A stretch of DNA of 64,000 bases, taken from the NCBI GenBank assembly GCA_963729195.1, contig CAVSNF010000025.1, positions 94,438 through 158,437 on the forward strand. The letters are read 5' to 3'. The DNA is from an uncultured Actinomycetes bacterium. Its GTDB lineage: Bacteria; Actinomycetota; Thermoleophilia; Gaiellales; JAICJC01. The position numbers were made by a program, and so were the translations under genes. Shown piece after piece: positions 29,068-39,080 of the stretch. Position 1 is the first letter of the stretch. Every line of letters begins with the position of its first letter. Below the pieces are notes generated by a model. That model was given only the letters and a program-made list of their open reading frames with translations, was not told the origin of the DNA and ran no database searches.

Positions 29068-29758
29068 CGCGCTGGCGGGCCGCCTCGAACAGCAGCACCG
29101 CGGCCGCGGTGGACACGTTCAGCGAATCGATGTGGCCACGCATCGGGATCGAGACGGTGGCGTCGCAGGCCTTGCGCACCCGCGGGCGCAGCCCGGCTCC
29201 TTCCGCGCCGAGCACGAACACGGTGCCGCCGGAGCGATAGTCGACCTGGTCATGCCGGGTGTCGCCGTCGGCCGAAGCGCCGTAGCTCCACAGGCCGGGT
29301 CGCCGGCTGCGGATCAGGGCATCGGCGAGATTCTCGACCTGGGCGATCGGCAGGTGCTCCACCGCTCCCGCCGATGCCCGGCAGGCCGCGGCGGTGACAG
29401 CGGCCGATCGCCGCCTGGTGATGACCATGCCGTCAGCGCCGGCGCACTCTGCCACCCGGGCAACGGCGCCCAGGTTGTGGGGATCGGTGACCTCGTCCAG
29501 CGCCACCAGGAAGGCATTCTCGCGGTCGAACAGCGAGGCCGCTTCGACGTACGGGTAGGGCGCCACCTCGGCCACCACGCCCTGGTGATCAGGCGTGTCG
29601 ACCAGTGCATCCAGCCTGGCCACATCCTCCACCCGGGCCGAGTCGGGCAGCCATTCGAGCGTCTCCCCCGCGCGGCGCGAGCACCACACCACGCCCACCT
29701 CGCGGCGGCCGCGAAGCGCCTCGCGAACGGCCTGGCGGCCGTGGATCAGCTCAGTCAC
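29060..29758 (-). CDS. rlmB: 23S rRNA (Gm2251) 2'-O-methyltransferase RlmB
   Basis: HQGVVA, DPHNLGAVAR, LGAEGAGL, IPMRGHIDSLNVS (SPOUT). Confidence 0.9.
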   Translation of the reverse strand: MTELIHGRQAVREALRGRREVGVVWCSRRAGETLEWLPDSARVEDVARLDALVDTPDHQGVVAEVAPYPYVEAASLFDRENAFLVALDEVTDPHNLGAVARVAECAGADGMVITRRRSAAVTAAACRASAGAVEHLPIAQVENLADALIRSRRPGLWSYGASADGDTRHDQVDYRSGGTVFVLGAEGAGLRPRVRKACDATVSIPMRGHIDSLNVSTAAAVLLFEAARQRDG

Positions 29759-31046
29759 GGTGGTACAGCTCGTATCCTGACGCGCCGTCACGGACATCCC
29801 ACCCGGCGGCCCCGATCTGGTCGCGCAGGCGGTCGGACTCGGCGTAGTCGCCGGCCGCTCGAGCCGCCTGCCGGGCCTCTGCCAGCGCCACCACCTCCGC
29901 GGGTGCTTCCGGCTCGCGGGCGAGACCGCCCAGCCCCAGCACCTCCAGCACCTCCACGATCGAGTCGCGGGCGCTGGGCGGAGCCTCGAACAGCAGCGCG
30001 AGTGCACGGGGGGTGTTGAAGTCGTCGTCGAGCACCTCGCGCACCCGGCGGATCAGATCGGGATCGCTACCGCTGCCCGAGCGGAGCTTCTCGCGGAGGG
30101 TCGCGCACGCAGCCCCGGCCTGGGCAAGTGCGTCCTCGGTGTAGTCGATCGGGCCGGAGTAGTGCCCGCGCAGCAGGAACATGATGAACGTCTCCACCGG
30201 CATCCGGTCGAGCGCGTCATGCAGCCGCTCGATGTTTCCCCGCGACTTCGACATCTTCTCGCCCGAGAGCTGCAGCATGCCGTTGTGCGCCCACACCTGG
30301 GCGAAGGGACGACCGGCCGCGCACGACTGGGCCAGCTCGTTCTCGTGGTGGGGAAAGATCAGGTCGCGTCCGCCGCCGTGCACGGCGAACTCCCGGCCCA
30401 GGAACTTCTCGGCCATCGCCGAGCACTCGATGTGCCATCCCGGCCGGCCACTGCCCCAGGGCGACTCCCAGGCGACGTCCTCATCCGGCTTCTGCGCCTT
30501 CCACAGCGCGAAGTCGAGCGGATCACGTTTGTGCTCACCCGGTTCGATCCGCCCGCTCGACTCCAGCTCGTCGGGCCGCTGGCCGGAGAGCGCGCCGTAC
30601 GGCTCGAACGAGCGCACCGCGAAGTACACGTCTCCCCCGGCCTCATAGGCCTGGCCGCGGTCGATCAGCTCCTGGATCAGGGCGATGATCTCTGCGATCG
30701 TCTCGGTGGCCCGCGGCTCCTCGTCGGGGCGGCCGATGCCGAGCCGGTCGGTGTCGGCGAAGAACCACTCGGTCATCTCCTGCGCCAGCTGCGCCGAGCT
30801 GATTCCGCGCTCGCGCGCGGCAATGATGATCTTGTCGTCGACGTCGGTGATGTTCTCGACCAGCAGCGCCGGCTGCCCCACCCAGTCGAGATAGCGGCGC
30901 ATCAGCTGGAAGACGACGTACTGGCGGGCGTTGCCCACATGGATGCGGCCGTACACGGTGGCCCCGCAGGTGTAGATCCCGATCACGCCGTCGCTTCCGG
31001 GCACGACCTGCTTGAGCTCGCCGGTGAGGGAGTCGCGCAGCCTCAT
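29751..31046 (-). CDS. cysS: Cysteine--tRNA ligase
   Basis: CGATVY, HVGNAR, NITDVDDKI, DFALWK, GRPGWHIECSAM, HGGGRDLIFPHHENE, KMSKS. Confidence 0.97.
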   Translation of the reverse strand: MRLRDSLTGELKQVVPGSDGVIGIYTCGATVYGRIHVGNARQYVVFQLMRRYLDWVGQPALLVENITDVDDKIIIAARERGISSAQLAQEMTEWFFADTDRLGIGRPDEEPRATETIAEIIALIQELIDRGQAYEAGGDVYFAVRSFEPYGALSGQRPDELESSGRIEPGEHKRDPLDFALWKAQKPDEDVAWESPWGSGRPGWHIECSAMAEKFLGREFAVHGGGRDLIFPHHENELAQSCAAGRPFAQVWAHNGMLQLSGEKMSKSRGNIERLHDALDRMPVETFIMFLLRGHYSGPIDYTEDALAQAGAACATLREKLRSGSGSDPDLIRRVREVLDDDFNTPRALALLFEAPPSARDSIVEVLEVLGLGGLAREPEAPAEVVALAEARQAARAAGDYAESDRLRDQIGAAGWDVRDGASGYELYHRD

Positions 31047-32173
31047 CCTGCCACCACGCCGTTGGCCCGGCGAAGCACCTCATCGCGACCGAGCGCGACC
31101 AGCACCGACCACAACTCGGGCCCGCGCGGCCGGCCGGTCAGCGAGAGCCGCGCCTGTCGCAGGGGGATCTCGCGGCGGCGAAGCTCGTCCACCAGCGACC
31201 GGGCCTGAGCCTCGTCGAGATGCTCGGGATACTCGGCCCGCGCCTCCGCAAGCGCCGGCAGCGGCAGCGGATCGGGCGGCTCCAGCACGCTTGCGACCAG
31301 GTCGCCGACCTCGGCCAGGGTGTGGGCACCATGCAGTGCCGGGGCCATTCCCACCACCGTCTCGCGAGGAGTCCCCGCCGGGCACCAGGGCAGCGCCAGA
31401 TCCGCCAGCCGGTCGGGCGAGAGGGCCGAGATGTAGGCCGCCGACAGCGAGCGCAGCTTGGCCGGGTCGAGCCGCACCTCGCCGCGGGCGATCCGCTCAG
31501 GCCGAAAACGCTGCACCAGCTCGTCCAAGGTCATCAGCTCGCCCGGACCCGAGGTGGCCACCAGCCCCAGCTGGTTGACGACCGCGGCCGGCGGGTAGCC
31601 GTCGGAGCGCAGCTCGCCGATCGAGGATGCCCCCTCGCGCTTGGACAGCTTGCCGTGCTCGCCCAGCACGACGGCATGGTGGATGAACTCCGGCGGCTCG
31701 ACTCCCAGCGCACGGGCGGCGGCCACGTGCAGCGGCATGTTCGGCAGGTGATCGTTGCCGCGGATCACGTGGGTGATGCCGAAGTCGGCGTCGTCGACCA
31801 CGCTGGCCCAGTGGTAGGTGGCGCGGCCGTCGGAGCGCAGGATCACAAACGGCGGCACTCCCTCGCCGCGCAGCTCGATGGCGCCGTCGCGGATGCCGGT
31901 GCCGGTCGCCTGGGTGGCAGCTTCGCGGTAGCGATCGAAGCGCTCGCTCTGGTGCACGGGGCCCTCGTCCCAGCCGAGACCGAGCCAGCGCAGATCGTCC
32001 AGGATTCCCGCCTCGAGATCGGGGCGGGACCGGTCGCTGTCGGTGTCGTCGATGCGAAGCAGCATGCTGCCGCCCTGCGATCGCGCAAACAGCACGTTGA
32101 TCAGGGCTGTGAGCGCGCTTCCCAGGTGAAGCGAGCCGGTGGGGCTGGGCGCGAAGCGGACGCGGACAGACAT
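31043..32173 (-). CDS. gltX: Glutamate--tRNA ligase family protein, short internally deleted form
   Basis: RFAPSPTGSLHLG, LRIDDTD, ITHVIRGNDH, KLSKR, C-terminal LTGRPRGPEL; directly upstream of cysS. Confidence 0.75.
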   Translation of the reverse strand: MSVRVRFAPSPTGSLHLGSALTALINVLFARSQGGSMLLRIDDTDSDRSRPDLEAGILDDLRWLGLGWDEGPVHQSERFDRYREAATQATGTGIRDGAIELRGEGVPPFVILRSDGRATYHWASVVDDADFGITHVIRGNDHLPNMPLHVAAARALGVEPPEFIHHAVVLGEHGKLSKREGASSIGELRSDGYPPAAVVNQLGLVATSGPGELMTLDELVQRFRPERIARGEVRLDPAKLRSLSAAYISALSPDRLADLALPWCPAGTPRETVVGMAPALHGAHTLAEVGDLVASVLEPPDPLPLPALAEARAEYPEHLDEAQARSLVDELRRREIPLRQARLSLTGRPRGPELWSVLVALGRDEVLRRANGVVAG

Positions 32174-32198
32174 GCGCCTAGGGTATAGGGCTGCCTGC

Positions 32199-33188
32199 CT
32201 ACGAGGCGCTGCCGTCGGGCCGGCGCGACAGTCCGGCCAGGTGCTGCACCACTCGGGCGCAGACCGCCTTCACCTCGGAGCGGTCGTCGGTGTACTGGTT
32301 GGGCTTGAAGCAGATGGCGGTGTACCCCTGCTCGACCTGCGGGCGCGCGCCGGCCAGGGCGACGTCCAGATCGGCCACCGATGAGCCGTCGGGGAAGGTT
32401 GCCTGGATGCCGCCGATCAGCTCCAGATCGGCGGCGTCGCGTCCGGCCTCGGCCATGGCCCTGCGAAGCGTCGCCAGCTCCTCCGCGGTTGGCGAGCCGA
32501 AGGGATGAAATCCGCTGCCGTAGCGCACCAGCCGGCGCAACACCGGCGGACGCAGCTGCATTCCACCGAACCACATGCGCGGCCCTTCGGGACGCCACGG
32601 CTTCGGCTCGAGGTAGGTGTCCTCGAAGTTGAAGAACTGTCCGGCGAAGCTCGCCGGGGTCTCCGTCCAGGCAATCCGCATGGCCTCGAGCTGTTCGTCG
32701 AGGATCGCGCCGCGGCGGCGAAACGGCACCCCCAAGGCCCGGTACTCGTCCTCATGCCAGCTCACGGTCGGCTGGACGATCAGGCGGCCCTTGGTGAGCA
32801 GGTCGAGGGTGGCGAGTTGGTTTGCGAGCAGCAGCGGATGGCGCAGCGGAGCGATGATCGCGGCCAGCGCGATTCGGATCCGCTCGGTGCGCGCAGCGAT
32901 CGCCGCCGCCAGCAGCATCGAGTCCGGCCACGGCGTGGCCGGATCCTGATTGCCCGGCGCCGCGTACGCGCGCGGGTTGCCCATCACACCGCTCGAGCCC
33001 GACGACGGTCCCATCACGACGTGCTCGGACAGCATCACGGTGTCGACCCCCGCCTGCTCCGCTTCGACCGCGACCTGTACCAGGTCGTCGAGATCCCGCG
33101 GATCCACGATCGTCCAGTTCTCGCTCAGCACGAGCACCGCGCCGGGCGGGCGGTCGGGCGCGGGAGTGTCGGGTCGGTGGTCGGTCAT
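32199..33188 (-). CDS. LLM-class (probably F420-dependent) oxidoreductase
   Basis: SEHVVM, PLRHPLLLANQLATLDLLTKGRL, EYRALGVPF, PKP. Confidence 0.85.
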   Translation of the reverse strand: MTDHRPDTPAPDRPPGAVLVLSENWTIVDPRDLDDLVQVAVEAEQAGVDTVMLSEHVVMGPSSGSSGVMGNPRAYAAPGNQDPATPWPDSMLLAAAIAARTERIRIALAAIIAPLRHPLLLANQLATLDLLTKGRLIVQPTVSWHEDEYRALGVPFRRRGAILDEQLEAMRIAWTETPASFAGQFFNFEDTYLEPKPWRPEGPRMWFGGMQLRPPVLRRLVRYGSGFHPFGSPTAEELATLRRAMAEAGRDAADLELIGGIQATFPDGSSVADLDVALAGARPQVEQGYTAICFKPNQYTDDRSEVKAVCARVVQHLAGLSRRPDGSAS

Positions 33189-33224
33189 CGCGGTTCCATC
33201 TCTTGGGGATCGTATTCTTCCCCT

Positions 33225-34007
33225 GTGAACGCGGGTACCGAGTCGGCTCTCCAGTCCGCGCTTTTGGCGTGGTACGGCCACAGTGCGGCGGATCTGCCGT
33301 GGCGGAAGACCCACGACCCGTACGCGATTCTGGTCTCCGAAGTCATGCTGCAGCAGACCCAGGTCGCCCGCGTCCTGCCGCGCTACCGCGAGTGGCTGGA
33401 GCGATGGCCGACCTACCAAGCGCTGGCTCAAGCCTCGCCCGCGGACGTGATCGTGGCCTGGTCGGGGCTCGGATATAACCGCCGCGCGGTCTCGCTGCAC
33501 CGCTGCGCCCAGGCCGTGGTCGAGCTGGGCGGCTTCCCGCGAGAGCCGGCGGAGCTGCAGAAGCTGCCTGGGATCGGCCCCTACACCGCCGCCGCCTTGG
33601 CCTGCTTTGCCTTCGGCGCCGACATCGCCGCGCCGGACACCAACGCCAATCGGGTGTTGGAGCGCGCATTCGGGACAGCGGATGTACCCGTGCCCAAGGG
33701 TCGGGCATACGAGTGGAATCAGGCGCTGTTCGATCTCGGTCGCGAGATCTGCATCGCCCGCACGCCGCGCTGCGAACGCTGTCCGCTGCAAAGCGACTGC
33801 CCCTCCCGCGGCCGCACGTACGCGCCGCTGCGCAAACAATCACGCTTCGAGGGATCGTTTCGCCAGCGGCGCAGCACGCTTCTGCGCGAGATCGCCGCAG
33901 CCGGCGAGCTGCCGCTCCACCAGGTGGATGCCGAGGTGCTGGTCTCGCTCCAAGCCGACGGCCTGGTCGAGATCGACCACGACACCGCCCGACTCCCGGC
34001 CGTGTGA
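33225..34007 (+). CDS. mutY: A/G-specific adenine glycosylase (short MutY without NUDIX-like tail)
   Basis: LPWR, SEVMLQQTQV, WSGLGYN, HhH LPGIGPYTA, C-X6-C-X2-C-X5-C Fe-S motif. Confidence 0.88.
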   Translation: MNAGTESALQSALLAWYGHSAADLPWRKTHDPYAILVSEVMLQQTQVARVLPRYREWLERWPTYQALAQASPADVIVAWSGLGYNRRAVSLHRCAQAVVELGGFPREPAELQKLPGIGPYTAAALACFAFGADIAAPDTNANRVLERAFGTADVPVPKGRAYEWNQALFDLGREICIARTPRCERCPLQSDCPSRGRTYAPLRKQSRFEGSFRQRRSTLLREIAAAGELPLHQVDAEVLVSLQADGLVEIDHDTARLPAV

Positions 34008-34026
34008 GTCTTCTAGACTGTCGGCG

Positions 34027-35352
34027 ATGCCCATTGTCGTCTTACCGGGACCACTGCGAGAGTACGCCGACGGCGAAGCCCGCCATCGCGTCGAGGGCGA
34101 AACGGTCACCGGTGCGCTGGCGGATCTGACCGGCCGGTATCCCGCGCTTGCTGGATGGATGCTGGACGAGCGGGGCACGCTGCGGCGGCACCTCGCGGTG
34201 TTCAAGAACGGGGATCAGTGTGACCAGGGCGCGGCGGTTGCTCCCGACGATCAGGTGATGGTGATGACGAGCATCTCCGGCGGCTCCGACCATGTCGAGC
34301 TGTTGGTGGGCACGAAGAAGGGTCTGGTGGTGTTGTCGGGAGACCGCGGCGCAGAGCTGGCCGTGTCCGACCGGACGTTCGTCGGCACACCGGTCGAGTA
34401 CGCGGTGCGTGACCGCCACACCGGCACCGTCCTGGCCGCGGCCGGCGACCCTCACTTTGGGCCGCGCATCCATCTGGCAGACGACCCGGGGGGCACGTGG
34501 CGAGCGTCGAGCGGCCCGGCGTTTCCTGCCGACGCCGACGCGGCCGTCGAACGGGTCTGGGTGATCGCTCCGGGCGAGCGCGCGGGTGAGGTGTGGGCGG
34601 GTGTCGACCCGGCCGCACTTTTCCGCTCGCGCGATGGCGGAGAGACGTGGGAGCTGGTTCGCGCCCTGTGGGACGAGCCGTCCCGCCCAAACTGGTCACC
34701 CGGGGCGGGCGGGCTGTGCCTGCACTCGATCTGTACCTGGCCGGGTGAGCCCGACCGGCTGCTGGTCGGGATCTCGGTCGGCGGGATCTGGGTGACGGAG
34801 GACGGCGGCGAGACCTGGACAATGGGGAATGAGGGCCTCAAGGCCCCGTACATGCCGGACGACGCCACGCTCACCACGGAGTTCTGCGTCCATCATGTGG
34901 AACGCGCCCCCAACCGGCCTGAGCGCCTGTACATGCAGTTTCACGGAGGCGTGTTTCGCTCCGACGACGGAGGACATTCGTGGGACGACATCGCTCCCGG
35001 TTTGCCTTCGAACTTCGGGTTCCCGATCGTGGTTGACCCGGCAGACGCCGACCACGCGTTCGTGATCCCACTGAACGGCGCCGATGACCGCGTCACCGAG
35101 GCCGGCTGCGTGAGCGTGTGGGAAACCAGCGACGCCGGCGAGAGCTGGACCGAGCGCACCGACGGCCTGCCCGGCGCGGACTCATACCTGACCATCCTGC
35201 GGCAGGCGTTCTGCCACGACGGCCGCGACCCGCTGGGGCTCTACTTCGGCGCCACCTCCGGCGAGCTGTTCGGCTCGGTCGACGGCGGCCAAAGCTGGCA
35301 TACGGCCGCCCGGCACCTGCCACCCGTGCTCTCGGTACGCTCGGCTGAATAA
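34027..35352 (+). CDS. MoaD/ThiS ubiquitin-like domain fused to BNR/Asp-box beta-propeller
   Basis: N-terminal LPGPLREYADG...TSISGG continues in frame into ELLVGTKKG; Asp boxes SRDGGETW, TEDGGETW, SDDGGHSW, SVDGGQSW. Confidence 0.8.
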   Translation: MPIVVLPGPLREYADGEARHRVEGETVTGALADLTGRYPALAGWMLDERGTLRRHLAVFKNGDQCDQGAAVAPDDQVMVMTSISGGSDHVELLVGTKKGLVVLSGDRGAELAVSDRTFVGTPVEYAVRDRHTGTVLAAAGDPHFGPRIHLADDPGGTWRASSGPAFPADADAAVERVWVIAPGERAGEVWAGVDPAALFRSRDGGETWELVRALWDEPSRPNWSPGAGGLCLHSICTWPGEPDRLLVGISVGGIWVTEDGGETWTMGNEGLKAPYMPDDATLTTEFCVHHVERAPNRPERLYMQFHGGVFRSDDGGHSWDDIAPGLPSNFGFPIVVDPADADHAFVIPLNGADDRVTEAGCVSVWETSDAGESWTERTDGLPGADSYLTILRQAFCHDGRDPLGLYFGATSGELFGSVDGGQSWHTAARHLPPVLSVRSAE

Positions 35353-35374
35353 CGGTGCCTGGCACCGTTATTCA
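35346..35374. repeat. REP-like palindrome, copy 2 (perfect 29 bp)
   Basis: TGAATAACGGTGCC-T-GGCACCGTTATTCA; contains the stop codons of both flanking genes. Confidence 0.85.
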
Positions 35375-36606
35375 CCGGTCGGGGCGGAAGGGGTGGAGCC
35401 AGGCGGGGCTGGGGCCGGAGGCGAGTTCGGCCACGGCGGTTGCGGTGGCGGCTGCCAGGGTGATGCCGAGCATGCCGTGGCCGGCGGCCACGATCACGCC
35501 CGGAGCGCGCGGGTGTTCGCCTAGGTAGGGAAGGCTGTCGGGAGTCGCCGGCCGCAGGCCGGCGAGCCCCTCGTCGTCCGGCGGGAGATCGGTCGGGAAG
35601 CTCGCGGACGTAGCGTGCGGTGTCGGTGAGGAGCTGCAGCGCCCGCCGCCGATTCGGCCGGGCCGAGGTCGCCCCGATCTCGAAGAAGCCACCCACGCGG
35701 GTGTGGTCGTCCATCGGACTCAGCCCGATCTTGGCCTCGCACAGGTACAGCGCCCGGCCGATCTCCGGACCGGCCACATCGGCCGCGTAGCCCTTGGCGC
35801 CGATCAGCGGCAGCCGGATCCCGAGCGGCCGCACCAGCCCGGCGGTGCCCATCCCGGTTGCCAGCACCACCTTCTCGGCGTCCAGCCGCAGCCCGTCGGC
35901 ATCCACCCGCCAGCCCCCGCCAACCGGGCTGAGCGACCGTACCGGGCGGCCCTCGAGCACCGTCACGCCGCGCGGCTCGATCGCCGCCCGCAGGCCGTTC
36001 ATGAACGACACCGGATCGACGTGGCGATCGCTGTCCGAGAGGATCGCCGCGGTGACATGCTCGCTCACCGCCGGCTCGAGCTCGCGCGCCTCGTCGCCAC
36101 TCAACCGCTGCGGGTTGCCCTCGAAGCCGAGCTTGGCCAGCTCCGCGAAGGTCAGGTCAAACCAGTGCAGGCCGTGCTTCGAGAGCGCCACCGCCATCAG
36201 CCCCTGGGAGTGCATCTCGAACTCCACCCCGTCGGCTCGCATCGCGTCCAGGTCGGCGAGGGTGCGCGAGCTGAGCCGAAGCAGCGCCTCCACCCCGCGG
36301 TTGAACGTCGAGATGCGGCTGTTGAGCGTGAACCGCGACAGCCACCGCACCCAATCGAGCTGGGCGCGAGGGCGGATCACCAGCGCCCCCCGAGGATCGA
36401 ACGCCGACCGCAGCCCGGCCGCTGACCATCCCCGGCGCCGCCAGCGGCGTGCTCAGGCTGGGAGTGACCCAGCCGACGTTCACTCGCGATACTCCGGCTC
36501 CCACGGTACGGGCCTCGACCAGAGTCACGGAGTGACCGTCGCGCGCCAGTGCCCAGGCACACGAGAGGCCGATCGCTCCCGCTCCCACGACCACGATCTC
36601 GGCCAT
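35372..36606 (-). CDS. FAD-dependent D-amino acid dehydrogenase (DadA-like; frameshifted)
   Basis: VVGAGAIG, NVGWVTPS..PLAAPG, AKGY, GLRPATPDSLPYLG, GHGMLGITL spread over three ORF segments. Confidence 0.8.
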
Positions 36607-37337
36607 CAGAAGGTCGCCGTCAGCCCGCCGTCGACGGTCAGCACGCTGCCGCTGACATAGCCCGCCGACTCGCTGGCCAGCCAGGTCACATGGGCGGCGA
36701 TCTCCTCGGGCTCCGCCCCGCGCCCGGCGGGCAGCCGAGCGGGCCGCAGGTAGTCGTTGCGAAACCAGTCGGATTCCAGATCGGCCAGCCGGGTGCGCAC
36801 GAATCCGGGGGCGACCGCGTTGACCGCGACCCCCTTGGCCGCGAGCTCGACGCCAAAGCTGCGAGTCGCGTTCTCGAGCCCCGCCTTGGCGACGTCGTAG
36901 GCGACCGTCCCCACCGCACCCAGCCGGGCGTGCACGGAGGTGACGTTGACGATCCTCCCGTACCCGCGCTCGACCATGCCGCGGGCGACGATCTGCATCA
37001 GAAACACGGGCGCGTCGAGATTGACCGCCAGCACCCGCCGCCACTCCTCCCGCTCGAACTCGAGCACCCCGGCGCCGGCGGGGATCCCGGCGCAGTTCAC
37101 CAGCACGTCGAGCGGCCCCAACTCGGACTCGATCTGCTCCACCGCCGCCGGGAGCCCGGCGGCGTCGGCGAGATCATGGGTCACCCAGCTTCGCGCAACG
37201 CTCTCGGCAGGCTGGGCCTCGACATCGATCACACCGACCGCAGCGCCCTCGGCCGTGAGCCGGTCGACCACCGCCCGGCCGATCCCCATCGCCCCTCCGG
37301 TCACCAGCGCCCGGCGTCCATTCACCAGCGACATCAA
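36606..37337 (-). CDS. SDR family oxidoreductase
   Basis: TGGAMGIG, NCAG, YDVAK, VNAVAPG, VDGG. Confidence 0.9.
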   Translation of the reverse strand: MMSLVNGRRALVTGGAMGIGRAVVDRLTAEGAAVGVIDVEAQPAESVARSWVTHDLADAAGLPAAVEQIESELGPLDVLVNCAGIPAGAGVLEFEREEWRRVLAVNLDAPVFLMQIVARGMVERGYGRIVNVTSVHARLGAVGTVAYDVAKAGLENATRSFGVELAAKGVAVNAVAPGFVRTRLADLESDWFRNDYLRPARLPAGRGAEPEEIAAHVTWLASESAGYVSGSVLTVDGGLTATF

Positions 37338-38127
37338 TGCTCCCTCTCAGATGTGTCGCGACGCGTCCGACCCGCCCAACCCGGAATCGACTCGACCAGC
37401 GACTGAGTGTACGGGTGACCGGGCGCCTCCAGCAACTGGTAGGTCGATCCTCGCTCCACCACCTGCCCTTCCTTCATCACCAGCGCCTCCTCGGTCATGT
37501 AGCGGATCACGGCCAGGTCGTGGGAGATCAGCACCAGCGCCAGCTCGCGCTGGCGGCGCAGCTCCAGCAGCAGGTTGAGGATCTGGGCCTGCACCGACAC
37601 ATCCAGTGACGAGGTGGGCTCGTCGGCGATCAGCACGCTGGGCGAGCAGGCCAGCGCCCGGGCGATGCCGACCCGCTGGCACTGGCCGCCGCTCAGCTCC
37701 CGCGGCCGGCGGCGCATCGCATCCTTCGGCAGCCCGACCTGGTCAAGAGCTCCCCAGCCCGGTCGCGCGCCTCGCGCCGACCGAGGCCCTCCCAGTGCTC
37801 GAGCACCTCGGCGACCGCGTCCAGACCCGACATGCCGCCGTTCAGCGAGCCGTACGGATCCTGGAAGATCATCTGGACGTTTCGGCGCTGCGGATCGGTG
37901 CGGCGGACGTCCTTCCACGCGCGCCCGTCCACCAGCACCGAGCCCGAGCTGGGGTGAAAGCAGCCCGACCAGCACCCGCCCGAAGGTGGTCTTGCCCGAG
38001 CCGCTCTCGCCGACGATCCCCACCGATGTCCCGGCGTGCACGTCCATGGTCGCGTTCTCGAGGCCGGGGTGGCGGCGCCGGGGTAGCGCACCCCGGCTTC
38101 AGACGCGGTCAAGATCGGCTGACTCAC
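37334..38127 (-). CDS. Oligopeptide/dipeptide ABC ATP-binding protein (OppF-like; frameshifted)
   Basis: GESGSGKTT, QMIFQDPYGSLN, LSGGQCQR, ADEPTSSLD, HPYT. Confidence 0.85.
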
Positions 38128-39080
38128 GCGCCACCTCCTTCCAGCGAATGCACGCGCACGCCTGCTCGGAGGCGACAGTCTCGAGCGGGGGCGGCGCCTC
38201 CTCGCACGCCGGCCGGCAGAATGTGCAGCGCGGCGCGAACCGGCACCCCACAGGAAACTCGCCCACCGCCGGCGGGGTTCCGGGGATCCCGACCAGCGGC
38301 TGCCGGAAAGCACGCTGGCGGGACGGGCCGACAAAAGCGCCTTCGTGTACGGATGCGTCGGGTTCCCGATCACCGCGTCGGTGGGGCCGGTCTCGACGGT
38401 CACCCCGGCGTACACGATCGCGGTATGATCGCTGGTCTCCTCCACCACCGCCAGATCGTGGGTGACGAGCACCAGGCTCATCCCGGTTTCGCGCCGCAGC
38501 CGCATCAGCAGCTCCAGGATGCCCCGCTGGACGGTGACGTCCAACGCCGTGGTGGCTTCGTCTGCGACCAGCAGCCGCGGCCGGCCGGCGATCGCAAGCG
38601 CAATCATGATCCGCTGCCGCATCCCGCCCGAGAGCTGGTGTGGGTAGGCGCGAAACACCCGCTCGGGATCGGACAGCTGCACGCTTTCGATCAGCTCGAG
38701 TGCGCGTGACCTCGCCCCCGTCCTGCCGTCGAGGTGGCGCACGGTCTCGACCAGCTGGTCGCCGGCCCGCATCAGCGGATCGAGCGAGACAGCGAGCTCT
38801 GCGGAATCAGCGCCACCTCGCGGCCACGCAGCTTGGCCCAGTCGGCCTCGCGCGCGGCGCCCAGATCGACGTCGCCAAACCGGGCCGAGCCGCGGGTCAC
38901 GGCTCCGCCGATCCGACCCAAGTGCCGGTCAGCGCCCGGCAGGCAACCGTCTTGCCCGACCCGGTCTCGCCCGCGATCCCGATGCAGCCACCCTCGGCGA
39001 AGCTGAAAGCTGATGTCGCTCACGACCTCCCGCCCCCGAATGGCGATCGCCAGGTGCTCGACCGACAGCGCCCCGGCCAT
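38099..39080 (-). CDS. Oligopeptide/dipeptide ABC ATP-binding protein (OppD-like; frameshifted)
   Basis: GETGSGKT, YPHQLSGGMRQR, ADEATTALD, THDL, HPYT, C-terminal CRFAPRC. Confidence 0.85.
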
